Part shown: positions 50,274 through 57,881 of the stretch, piece by piece
Layout: each line of letters opens with the position of its first letter
Numbering within the stretch: the first letter of the stretch is position 1
Assembly (NCBI GenBank): GCA_051003195.1
Contig: JBPCLP010000024.1
Coordinates: 64,001 to 128,000, forward strand
DNA from: Candidatus Sumerlaeaceae bacterium
Lineage (GTDB): Bacteria > Sumerlaeota > Sumerlaeia > Sumerlaeales > Sumerlaeaceae
DNA length: 64,000 bases
Direction of reading: 5' to 3'
Program-made: the position numbers and the translations under genes
Notes under the pieces: model-generated
The model's input: the letters and a program-made list of their open reading frames with translations, nothing else
Database searches by the model: none
What the model was told of the DNA's origin: nothing

Positions 50274-51344
50274 ATGAAAACTACCCTGGCCAGCCTTGCA
50301 ACCCGCTCACGCGCCTGCGCCACGATTCGGCTTATGGCAATGGCTGCCTCCGTGCTCCCTTCAACAACAGCCGTGGCCGCCCCAAGTTCGGAATCCACCA
50401 CCACCCTGTACCTTACGCTTCCGCCCGACCCTGTCACCAATGTCTGGCGCACTGACAAAACGACCGTACCTACGACGGCGCTCCCATCGAGCGCTACCAT
50501 CCAGCACCAGAAAAACACCGCGCGTTTCGCACCAGACACCATCAAACCCAAGGCCGCCCCCGCCGGCTACGGTTACGTGTGGCGCGTCGTGCTGCTCATC
50601 TACCCCAGTATCGATTGCGATCAGACCGTCAGCGGCGTCACCACCCACTTCACCTACACCATGTCCGCCGCCGAGATCGCCGAGGCCGAAACCGCTTTCG
50701 ATAACATGATCATCGGCATCCGCGACGGCTCCAACAACGAAGCCCGCATCCAACCCACCGTCATCATCGTTGGCCGCGCACTCACCGCCCTAGCCAAATT
50801 CGGTGCCGATGTCCATTGGCCAGACGCCTCCATCACCTCACCCGAGCTCACCACCTACTGCGCCGGCGGAAAAGCCGACAGCGCCCTCGTCTACTGGCCC
50901 GCTAAAAACCGCACCACCAATGCCGCCATCAATAATCCTTACTGGGGTCTCAGCTACGGCTCACCGACATCCTACACGTACAATGTCGGCTACTCCACGG
51001 TATCAAACATCAGCTCACCGATGGTCGTTGGATATTATCCCGGCGAAGTCATGATCCACGAGTGGATGCACCCCACCACTGATTACTACCATGTTGTGTG
51101 GGGGTACAATGTGCCAAACCTGGATAGCGCCGGCAGTTACAAACCCTGTCCCACGTGCGCCAACTATGCATACGTCAGCGGCGATGGCTGGATGCCCTTT
51201 TATCGCGACTTTCTTAGAGGCACTGTGTGGAATCCAAGCGCCAGCCGTTACGAGGGCGTGCCGCCCGCCGCGTGGCGCTCCGGCACCCCCACCAACTACA
51301 CGCTCCCGCTTGCTGCCGCAGAAGAGTGGCAGTTGTTCGAATAA
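50274..51344 (+). CDS. Secreted zincin-like (HExxH) protein with C-terminal AxxxEW motif
   Basis: Signal-like N-terminus; EVMIHEWMH; ends LAAAEEWQLFE; strong C-ending codon bias. Confidence 0.7.
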   Translation: MKTTLASLATRSRACATIRLMAMAASVLPSTTAVAAPSSESTTTLYLTLPPDPVTNVWRTDKTTVPTTALPSSATIQHQKNTARFAPDTIKPKAAPAGYGYVWRVVLLIYPSIDCDQTVSGVTTHFTYTMSAAEIAEAETAFDNMIIGIRDGSNNEARIQPTVIIVGRALTALAKFGADVHWPDASITSPELTTYCAGGKADSALVYWPAKNRTTNAAINNPYWGLSYGSPTSYTYNVGYSTVSNISSPMVVGYYPGEVMIHEWMHPTTDYYHVVWGYNVPNLDSAGSYKPCPTCANYAYVSGDGWMPFYRDFLRGTVWNPSASRYEGVPPAAWRSGTPTNYTLPLAAAEEWQLFE

Positions 51345-51485
51345 TCTCGCGATGCGGGACCAGGCTGCTATACGTATTACGCTACAGCGTGCGGCGTATG
51401 GGCTGCCTACGGGTGGCAAGCAAAATTAAACAATTAGGGACAAAGTCAGCCGTCACCGTTTAGTCTCGCGGGGTCCAAATGTGTA

Positions 51486-51583
51486 TTAACAAATTAACTG
51501 AGGGCCTGTCCCCCTGTTTTTGAAAAGAACTGATCGGGTGCTGACCTCAAAGTCTTGGTTAACAACTTAACTAATGGCCTGAC
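51486..51583 (+). repeat. Direct repeat copy B plus a duplicated TTAACAAxTTAACT..GGCCTG unit
   Basis: tgaaaagaactgatcgggtgctgacctcaaa (51521-51551); ttaacaaattaactgagggcctgtc (51486-51510) versus ttaacaacttaactaatggcctgac (51559-51583). Confidence 0.75.
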
Positions 51584-51664
51584 TAGGGCAGCAGTTTCGG
51601 AGATAGCTTTGGGATGGGTAGGAGCACCACTATAGGCAGTAGCTCTCGATGCTCTTGATGCGAA

Positions 51665-52279
51665 CTACGGATTGGCGCCGATCTGGTTCAAAATTGCCTC
51701 AAGCCGAGGGAATTCGGCCGGAATTATGAGCGACCAATTGGTGCGTTGACCTGGTTGCACGATCATCTCATTGGCGCGAGCCCGTTCTCGATCCCCTCGC
51801 CAACCGTAGTTTGTGAGGCCAAGCTGGAACTCCCGCTTTTTAACCTGATCTCCCGCACGTCCATATAGTTTCAGGATTCTATGGAGGACTCGAAGACGGT
51901 CGGGCAGTGCGGCAACTGTCCCTGGAAAGCAATGCTCCATACACGCTATGAGGTCTAGTATTGCGTCGGCACAGTGCTCAACATCCACCATAAGCGCCGG
52001 CGTGTTATGCTGCAATTCGTTGCGGATATTGTGTGAATCTACAAGCTTCGTGCCGAGTACCGATCCAGGTGGAGCAAGTCCTACGGCTGCATGATTCAGG
52101 TGCCAGTGGAAGTTTTGGCGACCTAGGTTGGGAGTTCCTACTTTAATGCGAATGCGACATGTTGTTTCGACGAGTGAATCACACAATAGAAATGCTGCTC
52201 GTGCGTTGTGTCGTGCATTCGAAAAAAAGACGGTCATGACTGCTTCAAGCGAGTCCATGAGGTAATCGGGACAAGGCAT
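51665..52279 (-). CDS. HEPN-like domain protein (putative RNase)
   Basis: N-terminal helix RAAFLLCDSLVE and the R-x4-H motif in HNIRNELQH; begins 5 nt after the S gene stop. Confidence 0.6.
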   Translation of the reverse strand: MPCPDYLMDSLEAVMTVFFSNARHNARAAFLLCDSLVETTCRIRIKVGTPNLGRQNFHWHLNHAAVGLAPPGSVLGTKLVDSHNIRNELQHNTPALMVDVEHCADAILDLIACMEHCFPGTVAALPDRLRVLHRILKLYGRAGDQVKKREFQLGLTNYGWRGDRERARANEMIVQPGQRTNWSLIIPAEFPRLEAILNQIGANP

Positions 52280-52284
52280 AAGCT

Positions 52285-53643
52285 TTACTCGACGTCCGAA
52301 GCAATCAGGTCTTCTACGGTCTTCTTAGCTTGTTCAAGTAATTGAGTGGCCTCACGACGCGCTTCGATGGCTTTGCTTACCATACTATCGATCTCATCCT
52401 GCACGCTCAGCACTTTGTTGGGCACCGGTATGGCGAGCAGGTCTTCTTCGGTGAACCGTGGATGATTGCTGCCATCTTGCGACCACTTGAGGATCGTTTG
52501 CACCAAAGGCGAACGCAAGAAGACCATTAGGGTTTCGGCAGATAAGCCATTGCCAGTGGGCCGCAGGACAATGAACTCCGACGAGCCGACGCAAGGCGTC
52601 TTGCCCGATGCGCGGACTACGGCGATTTCCTTCAGGTATGAGCGCAGGCGGCTTACCACTACGTCGCCTTTCTGGAACCGTTTCTTGGAACTGCCGATTT
52701 GGGCGGCCTCTTGCGGTTCCTGGCTGTCGTCGATAAACGGTTCCAGCGCAGCGGTGATATCGAAGTTCCGGACAACCTCGCCTTTGGTCGCCCGCATTGG
52801 GTCCCACATGTCGCGAATACCGGGGGCATGCTCCAAGATGTTCCTGTGTGGCATCTTGGCGAGTGCATCGAGGATACGTTTCTTGCAGGGCATGAAGTAC
52901 TCGGCGCCGAAGCGATTGGCAGTCTGCAGGTCGCGAAAGCGGCGGGTGTAAGAGGTCTGGGGTGTCAGCGGGAGGTGCTCCAGCCCTAGTGCTTGCATCA
53001 ACCGCGCCTCGGCGGCAGCAATCGTTTTTGCTGCGCAGTGTCGCGCTGCCTGCGCTCCTTGGACAGACGCCACGACACGATTGAGCTGCGCCGTGGTCGG
53101 TTCGACAATGGGAATGTCTTTGAGGTCGGGCAGGATCAGGCCCATCTGGACCGCGCCTCTAACGCGGCGCTTGATCTCATACTGTCCAAGCTGCGACGAC
53201 AAGTATGCTGCGATGTACTCGCCCGGTAGTATTCGCGGGCGCACGATGGCCAACTTACAGTTGCCGGTCAGTTTGCCGTGGCGATTGGTGACAAGGCCGA
53301 CCGTTCCTATCGTGCCTATCACCCCGACTAAGACATCACCAGGAAACATGTGTGAGCGTGCAAGCATCGTGTAGTGTTTCTCAGGGATGTAAATGGGGTC
53401 CGCGTCTGAGATGAAGAAGTCCGAGAGGTCTTGCCCGCGCAGGTAGCGGGTGCCTTCATCGCTGAATTCCTCAGCGATGCTCAGGTGATTCCCATCGCTT
53501 ACATCTGCCACCGCCCGGAGTTGCTTAGTCTGAAGTTTGCGTATCTGCCGCTCCTGTTTAAGGTACTCCGGGCGGTAATGCTCTGCATCCCACCGGATGT
53601 CCGGTGTCATATCGGAAATTTTGACTTCGCTCCACACTGACAT
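52285..53643 (-). CDS. Restriction-modification specificity (S) subunit with two TRDs
   Basis: RWDAEHY / RFGAEYF repeat starts; PGDVLV..GTIG; KGDVVVSRLRSYL; coiled-coil spacers; abuts the R-M gene. Confidence 0.85.
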   Translation of the reverse strand: MSVWSEVKISDMTPDIRWDAEHYRPEYLKQERQIRKLQTKQLRAVADVSDGNHLSIAEEFSDEGTRYLRGQDLSDFFISDADPIYIPEKHYTMLARSHMFPGDVLVGVIGTIGTVGLVTNRHGKLTGNCKLAIVRPRILPGEYIAAYLSSQLGQYEIKRRVRGAVQMGLILPDLKDIPIVEPTTAQLNRVVASVQGAQAARHCAAKTIAAAEARLMQALGLEHLPLTPQTSYTRRFRDLQTANRFGAEYFMPCKKRILDALAKMPHRNILEHAPGIRDMWDPMRATKGEVVRNFDITAALEPFIDDSQEPQEAAQIGSSKKRFQKGDVVVSRLRSYLKEIAVVRASGKTPCVGSSEFIVLRPTGNGLSAETLMVFLRSPLVQTILKWSQDGSNHPRFTEEDLLAIPVPNKVLSVQDEIDSMVSKAIEARREATQLLEQAKKTVEDLIASDVE

Positions 53644-55599
53644 TTACACGCCCACTTCACAGAAGGCGAGTCCCTGCGCCTCGCCCCATTTGGCGAACTC
53701 CGCCGCGATCTCATCAAGATCGTGCTCGACGACCATATGGTTGTGGCTGTCGAGCATCGGGGCGTTGTCTGGACCGATCCGGTAAATGTAATCTCCGCCA
53801 TTGTCCTTCCCCGACCGCTCGCTTGTCGCCAAGAACACCGGGTAATCGTCCAGCTTCGGGTTCAGCGGCCCAGCCTTCTTGTTGTCGTTCCACGTCTGGA
53901 TGAACAACACGCTAGTTTTTGTGCCCGTATGTGGCTTGAATGTGTTTGCATGCAGGCCAACGACCGCTAGGATCCGGGCCTTGTCGGCGATCCACTGCCT
54001 GATTGTCTCATCCCCTGAGTTGTTGAAGCGGCCTTGGGGCAGCACAATTGCGGCCCGTCCCCCGGGCCGTAGAAACTGGAGGTTTCGCTCAATAAAGAGA
54101 ATGTCTCGGCCTACCTTGGCTTGCCAGCCGCCTTTTGGTTTCTTTGCCAAATCATATTGTGAAAGTATTCGGTTGTCTTTAATGTCGCCAGCGAAAGGCG
54201 GGTTAGTTAAAAGCACGTCGAAATCAAAGTAGCGGAACGTCTTTTGATTTTCCTGATCATCGGGAGCATTTTTAAAATGTCGAAGTCTGGGCCGTAGCCC
54301 CGTGCGTGTTTCTTCAGACCACATTTTGAAATCTAGGGTGTTCGCCCGGTATACGTTCGTCTTTCCGTCTCCGGCAATCGTGTTGAGCGCCTTTGCTATC
54401 TTAACGGATCGTGGATCGAAATCGATGCCATAGACGTGCGTTCCTGCATACTGGGCTTGCCATTGGTTTGGCCCTTTAGCTGTAAACACATCTCCCCATA
54501 CGTGAAAAATCGAGTGAACAGTAAACCCGCACGATCCCGCAGCCGTGTCGATAACGAATTCTTCAGCGTTTGGATTTAACATCTTAACGCACATATCAAT
54601 CACGTGCCTTGGAGTGAAGTACTGCCCCTTCTCACCCTTGCCTGCCTTGACGGACAGGTACTCAAACGCTTCATCGATAACTGAAAGATTCGAGTTAAAA
54701 AGCTTCACGCGCTCCAAAGCAGAGCCGCACACTTTTAGGTGATCTGGCTCCAGATCAATTCTCTCGCCGGGTTGAAAGACACCGGCCCACTCTTCGCAAG
54801 CTTTAGCAAAGAGCCCATCTATAACCTCTGCGAATTCACGCGGAGTGCGACCACCAACACGAAACTCCAGGTTACGCTTGCCTTTTGGGGCACGTGCGGC
54901 GCGGGCCTCATCATAGAGTTTTGCATATATGAGCTTAAACACTTCTTCGAAAGCGTCGACACCCGCATTAGCGAGGACTAAGTCCTCCATGTCGAGAATG
55001 ACGTCTTTAAGGCTGGTCCGTTCCTCCACGAGGATGTTTTGCTTTTCGAGGTCTTCAAGCGTCCAAGGTTGGTTAAGCAGATCCGCCAGCTTCTGATCTG
55101 CGCGGGGAATTCCGTCGAGATTACGGAAGAGATTCGGATCCTCCCGATGAAGGTATATTGTCTCTCCACCATTGGTCCACACGCCGATGGGAGAGCCTTC
55201 CGCGTTACAATAGCTCTTTAACTGCTCTAGTCCATCTTTGCGTTTCGGTTTCTTGCATTCGATGATGATGTAGGGCGTGTCCGTCGTACCCTTTTCCCAG
55301 ATTACGATATCGGCCGCTTTCTCATGTACGGAGGAGCCGAAGTAGACTCGCTTTTCCAAAGCTATGCGGTCTTTCGGGTAGCCGTAATCCTCCAGCAGCT
55401 TCTTGAGGTAAAGCTGGCGAACAATTTCCTCGGGCTTTGCCGGTCTTGCCTTGCACGTAGCAAGGCATGTTACATACGGCTTGCCGCCCTTGTCGAAGAT
55501 CTTTAAACTAGCGACGTCTTTTGCCGAGAAGATTGTTAGAGCATATTCGGAGCCTTTTAGAATCTCTGTCACTGTCGGGGGCAGGGCGTTTGAGGTCAT
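53644..55599 (-). CDS. Fused restriction endonuclease (HsdR_N-like PD-(D/E)xK) and N6-adenine methyltransferase (Type IIG/IIB-like)
   Basis: PEEIVRQ, ADIVI...IIECKK, QLKSY, WTNG; GQYFTPR; motif I DTAAGSCGF; motif IV LTNPPF; no helicase motifs. Confidence 0.9.
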   Translation of the reverse strand: MTSNALPPTVTEILKGSEYALTIFSAKDVASLKIFDKGGKPYVTCLATCKARPAKPEEIVRQLYLKKLLEDYGYPKDRIALEKRVYFGSSVHEKAADIVIWEKGTTDTPYIIIECKKPKRKDGLEQLKSYCNAEGSPIGVWTNGGETIYLHREDPNLFRNLDGIPRADQKLADLLNQPWTLEDLEKQNILVEERTSLKDVILDMEDLVLANAGVDAFEEVFKLIYAKLYDEARAARAPKGKRNLEFRVGGRTPREFAEVIDGLFAKACEEWAGVFQPGERIDLEPDHLKVCGSALERVKLFNSNLSVIDEAFEYLSVKAGKGEKGQYFTPRHVIDMCVKMLNPNAEEFVIDTAAGSCGFTVHSIFHVWGDVFTAKGPNQWQAQYAGTHVYGIDFDPRSVKIAKALNTIAGDGKTNVYRANTLDFKMWSEETRTGLRPRLRHFKNAPDDQENQKTFRYFDFDVLLTNPPFAGDIKDNRILSQYDLAKKPKGGWQAKVGRDILFIERNLQFLRPGGRAAIVLPQGRFNNSGDETIRQWIADKARILAVVGLHANTFKPHTGTKTSVLFIQTWNDNKKAGPLNPKLDDYPVFLATSERSGKDNGGDYIYRIGPDNAPMLDSHNHMVVEHDLDEIAAEFAKWGEAQGLAFCEVGV

Positions 55600-55771
55600 A
55601 AGTTTGTTTTTCTATAGCCACTGATTCTTAGAATCTACTCTCTTTTAAAGGATGCAGGCGAGCTCACCCCGTTTATTTTATAAGTGCATTTTGTATTTGC
55701 CCAGTTTGTACAGCCCCAAAATGGAGTGAATTGTTTTCCGCTGGGACGGGGTTGGTTGCTGTATAGCAACC

Positions 55772-55903
55772 ATGAGCAAGAAAAGGCATAAGAACGAGGC
55801 GTGGTCCCACCGTTGCGGCTTTCTCAGCAAGCAGCGCTCAGACATCGCAAAGGCGGCAGCAAGCGCACGCTGGAAGCTTAAAAAAGCCGCGCCCCAAGAA
55901 TAG
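55772..55903 (+). CDS. 43-aa basic micro-protein (RSDIAKAAASARW motif)
   Basis: Below the ORF-track cutoff; MSKKRHKNEAWSHRCGFLSKQRSDIAKAAASARWKLKKAAPQE. Confidence 0.45.
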   Translation: MSKKRHKNEAWSHRCGFLSKQRSDIAKAAASARWKLKKAAPQE

Positions 55904-55954
55904 CAACGCGGCTTCGAATGACACAATGTTCAGTGTAACGAGTTGCCGTTAAGG

Positions 55955-56098
55955 CTAGTCCCTGACCCAGATCGGAATGCCCTTTTTACCGGGCGGTGGG
56001 TATTGGATCGTGCCGTTCTTACGGCGCACGTACTTCACGATTATCAGCCTATAACCGGGCCGACTGTTCGGGTCCTGCCACGTGGTGGCAGTTGCCAT
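55955..56098 (-). CDS. 47-aa basic micro-protein
   Basis: GAGGA RBS upstream of ATG 56098; MATATTWQDPNSRPGYRLIIVKYVRRKNGTIQYPPPGKKGIPIWVRD. Confidence 0.55.
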   Translation of the reverse strand: MATATTWQDPNSRPGYRLIIVKYVRRKNGTIQYPPPGKKGIPIWVRD

Positions 56099-56354
56099 GA
56101 TTTGGTTCCTCATTGTCATTGAAATGAATAGACAAGTGAAGACCCCTTGCACCATACTGTATCTCTGTAAGCGTTTGAGGACAGAGCGATGCTCCTGGTT
56201 CGGGCCTTCACTTCGTGAATTCCAGGATTTGGATTGTCTTCTGCCCACCTAGTTCAGCCCCTGTTGGAGTTAGTGCTCCTTCAGGGGTTCTTTATTGCGC
56301 CTGTCCGGTCAGTTATTGGCAGATTGTTACCCGGCAAAGGCTTAGTCTTCTCAT

Positions 56355-56891
56355 CTAAAAAGGTATGTCGTAATTGTACTCCCTGGCATTTGTCTCAGCA
56401 TCATTTTCCTCTGTCTCAGGTTCGACATTGCTCTGGTCGGCAGCAGGTTCATCGGGGACGTCAGCCTCGTCATTGGTGTCGGGGGTACCGCCTAGTAGGT
56501 AAACCCGCGCCCCATCAATGTCGAACAGATCCTTCTTGGATCCCAAAACTGCGCGAAAGCTCTTTGCCTCGGCTGTGACACCCATCGCCTGACACTCAGC
56601 ATATAGTTTCACAAACTCCATCTGTCGTGAGGGCACGCGTTGCAGCACGGTGTATGCCGCTTTCGCGGAGCCAATTGGGGGATGGAACTTGCTCTTACCC
56701 TGTCCAGGCAATAGAAGTGCGGCCGAGATCACGCCTGACGGAGTGGGCACGCCCCCGGCCTTTACTATAAGCTTATCGTAAACCTTAATTTCTTCGCGGA
56801 GCAGGCGCGCCTTCTCCTCACTTAGGAGCGCTTTGCGCTCTGCATCACTGCGCATGGCCTGCAGATCTTCAATTGAGAGGCTGCCACTCAC
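56355..56891 (-). CDS. Coiled-coil plus winged-helix-like protein with acidic tail ending DIPF
   Basis: AGGAG RBS; N-terminal heptads; AAYTVLQ...MEFVKLYAECQAMG...SFRAVL...F...GARVYL; acidic tail ...EENDAETNAREYNYDIPF. Confidence 0.7.
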   Translation of the reverse strand: MSGSLSIEDLQAMRSDAERKALLSEEKARLLREEIKVYDKLIVKAGGVPTPSGVISAALLLPGQGKSKFHPPIGSAKAAYTVLQRVPSRQMEFVKLYAECQAMGVTAEAKSFRAVLGSKKDLFDIDGARVYLLGGTPDTNDEADVPDEPAADQSNVEPETEENDAETNAREYNYDIPF

Positions 56892-57105
56892 ATTCTTACT
56901 CCTATGCTGAATAGCAAAAATAACCCAAGTTCCTCAAATATATTTATGCCGCATTGAAAGAAATCTCAACGCTAATTTATATTTCAAGTACATGCTATTA
57001 TAACTAAAGACTTTATACAAAAGCAGCATTGTAAATAATTTTGCGTTGCGCAGTCTTATGCGATTGTTACAGCTTGGTGGCCCAAACCTACGAATTTGAC
57101 AGTAA

Positions 57106-57483
57106 GGCTGCCTTGTTGCGGTATGCTGAAGGAAAGCCTCACAAGTGCAGCCGAAGCCAAAACCGCGTATGGGGGGCTAACCGTGGAACCGTTGGCGCTA
57201 ATATGGGTCTATTTTCCACGAGCAGTGATTCGCTGGGCGTGCATAGAGATCGGGAAGTTACGGGACCGTGGACGACCGTCCACTCGGCGACGCTCGACGA
57301 TCAAACTTATTCCCTGTAGGCTCTGCTCAGGACGTCGAGCAAGTGCCGCCATCGGGAGTTGCCGGCACGCACCAGCGCACGTTCGTCCAAAAATCTCTTT
57401 CGACTTTATTGGACTTAGCCCACAATAAGCCGACGCCCGGGAAGTGACACGCCCTCGCAACCTGGTGTATACCTGCCCCCGTA
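57106..57483. ncRNA. Candidate structured non-coding element (unassigned)
   Basis: At least 7 nested complementary stems found by eye; no convincing ORF; no known family recognised. Confidence 0.3.
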
Positions 57484-57692
57484 GTAAGCACAACACGTTC
57501 TTTGAAAACTATGCAGCCCGTACGCCGTGACAGTGGGCAGACGGATTTCTGCGCCCTTATTTTTATCCACGAATCTCACGAATTAGCTGCCATGGGCGGC
57601 TTTTTCCGCCAGGTGCAAAGACGCAAAAATGCCACGCGCGATCAGCGCAAGGAAGCCGGGAATCCACGGCCTCCGCGAATTCTTACGCGAGG

Positions 57693-57813
57693 ATGACCGT
57701 TTTTCAAGTGGCGAAATTACCCAACTTGAAAACTTGAAATACATGTCCAACTCTTTCAAGCTTCCACACCCCAAACTTGAATACCAACTTGAAAAACTTG
57801 AAAACTTGAAAGC
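57693..57813 (-). repeat. Repeat unit 3 (right inverted repeat): six AACTTGAA copies, core, inverted TTCAAG
   Basis: Plus-strand AACTTGAA at 57723, 57731, 57774, 57786, 57795, 57803; GGCGAAATTACC at 57710-57721; TTCAAG at 57703 and 57755. Confidence 0.85.
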
Positions 57814-57881
57814 GCTCGTGCTTGACGCAGCACTCTCGCAGCCAGCGATGATAGGCAAAACACTCCCTATAGAAGCAGAGT

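Larger units (their letters stand above)
49841..57813. mobile_element. Putative accessory/defence island bounded by inverted repeats (no mobility gene inside)
   Basis: 19-bp perfect and about 45-bp imperfect inverted repeats at both ends; R-M cargo; AT-rich spacers; flanked by apparently core genes. Confidence 0.5.

Noticed and set aside
53644..55599. Classical Type I R-M system
   Set aside because: No HsdR helicase/translocase gene; the nuclease domain is fused to the methylase.
57074..57083. GGGCCACCA on the minus strand as a tRNA 3' end or att site; also considered a tmRNA spanning 57480-57075
   Set aside because: Only 9 nt, no T-arm (TTCGAxTCC), and the acceptor stem does not pair as tmRNA requires.
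57128..57166. RNase P RNA-like words (GAAGGAAAG, AGTGCA...AAACCGC)
   Set aside because: Lacks GAGGAAAGUCC and the 3' ACAGAACCCGGCUUA on the same strand.
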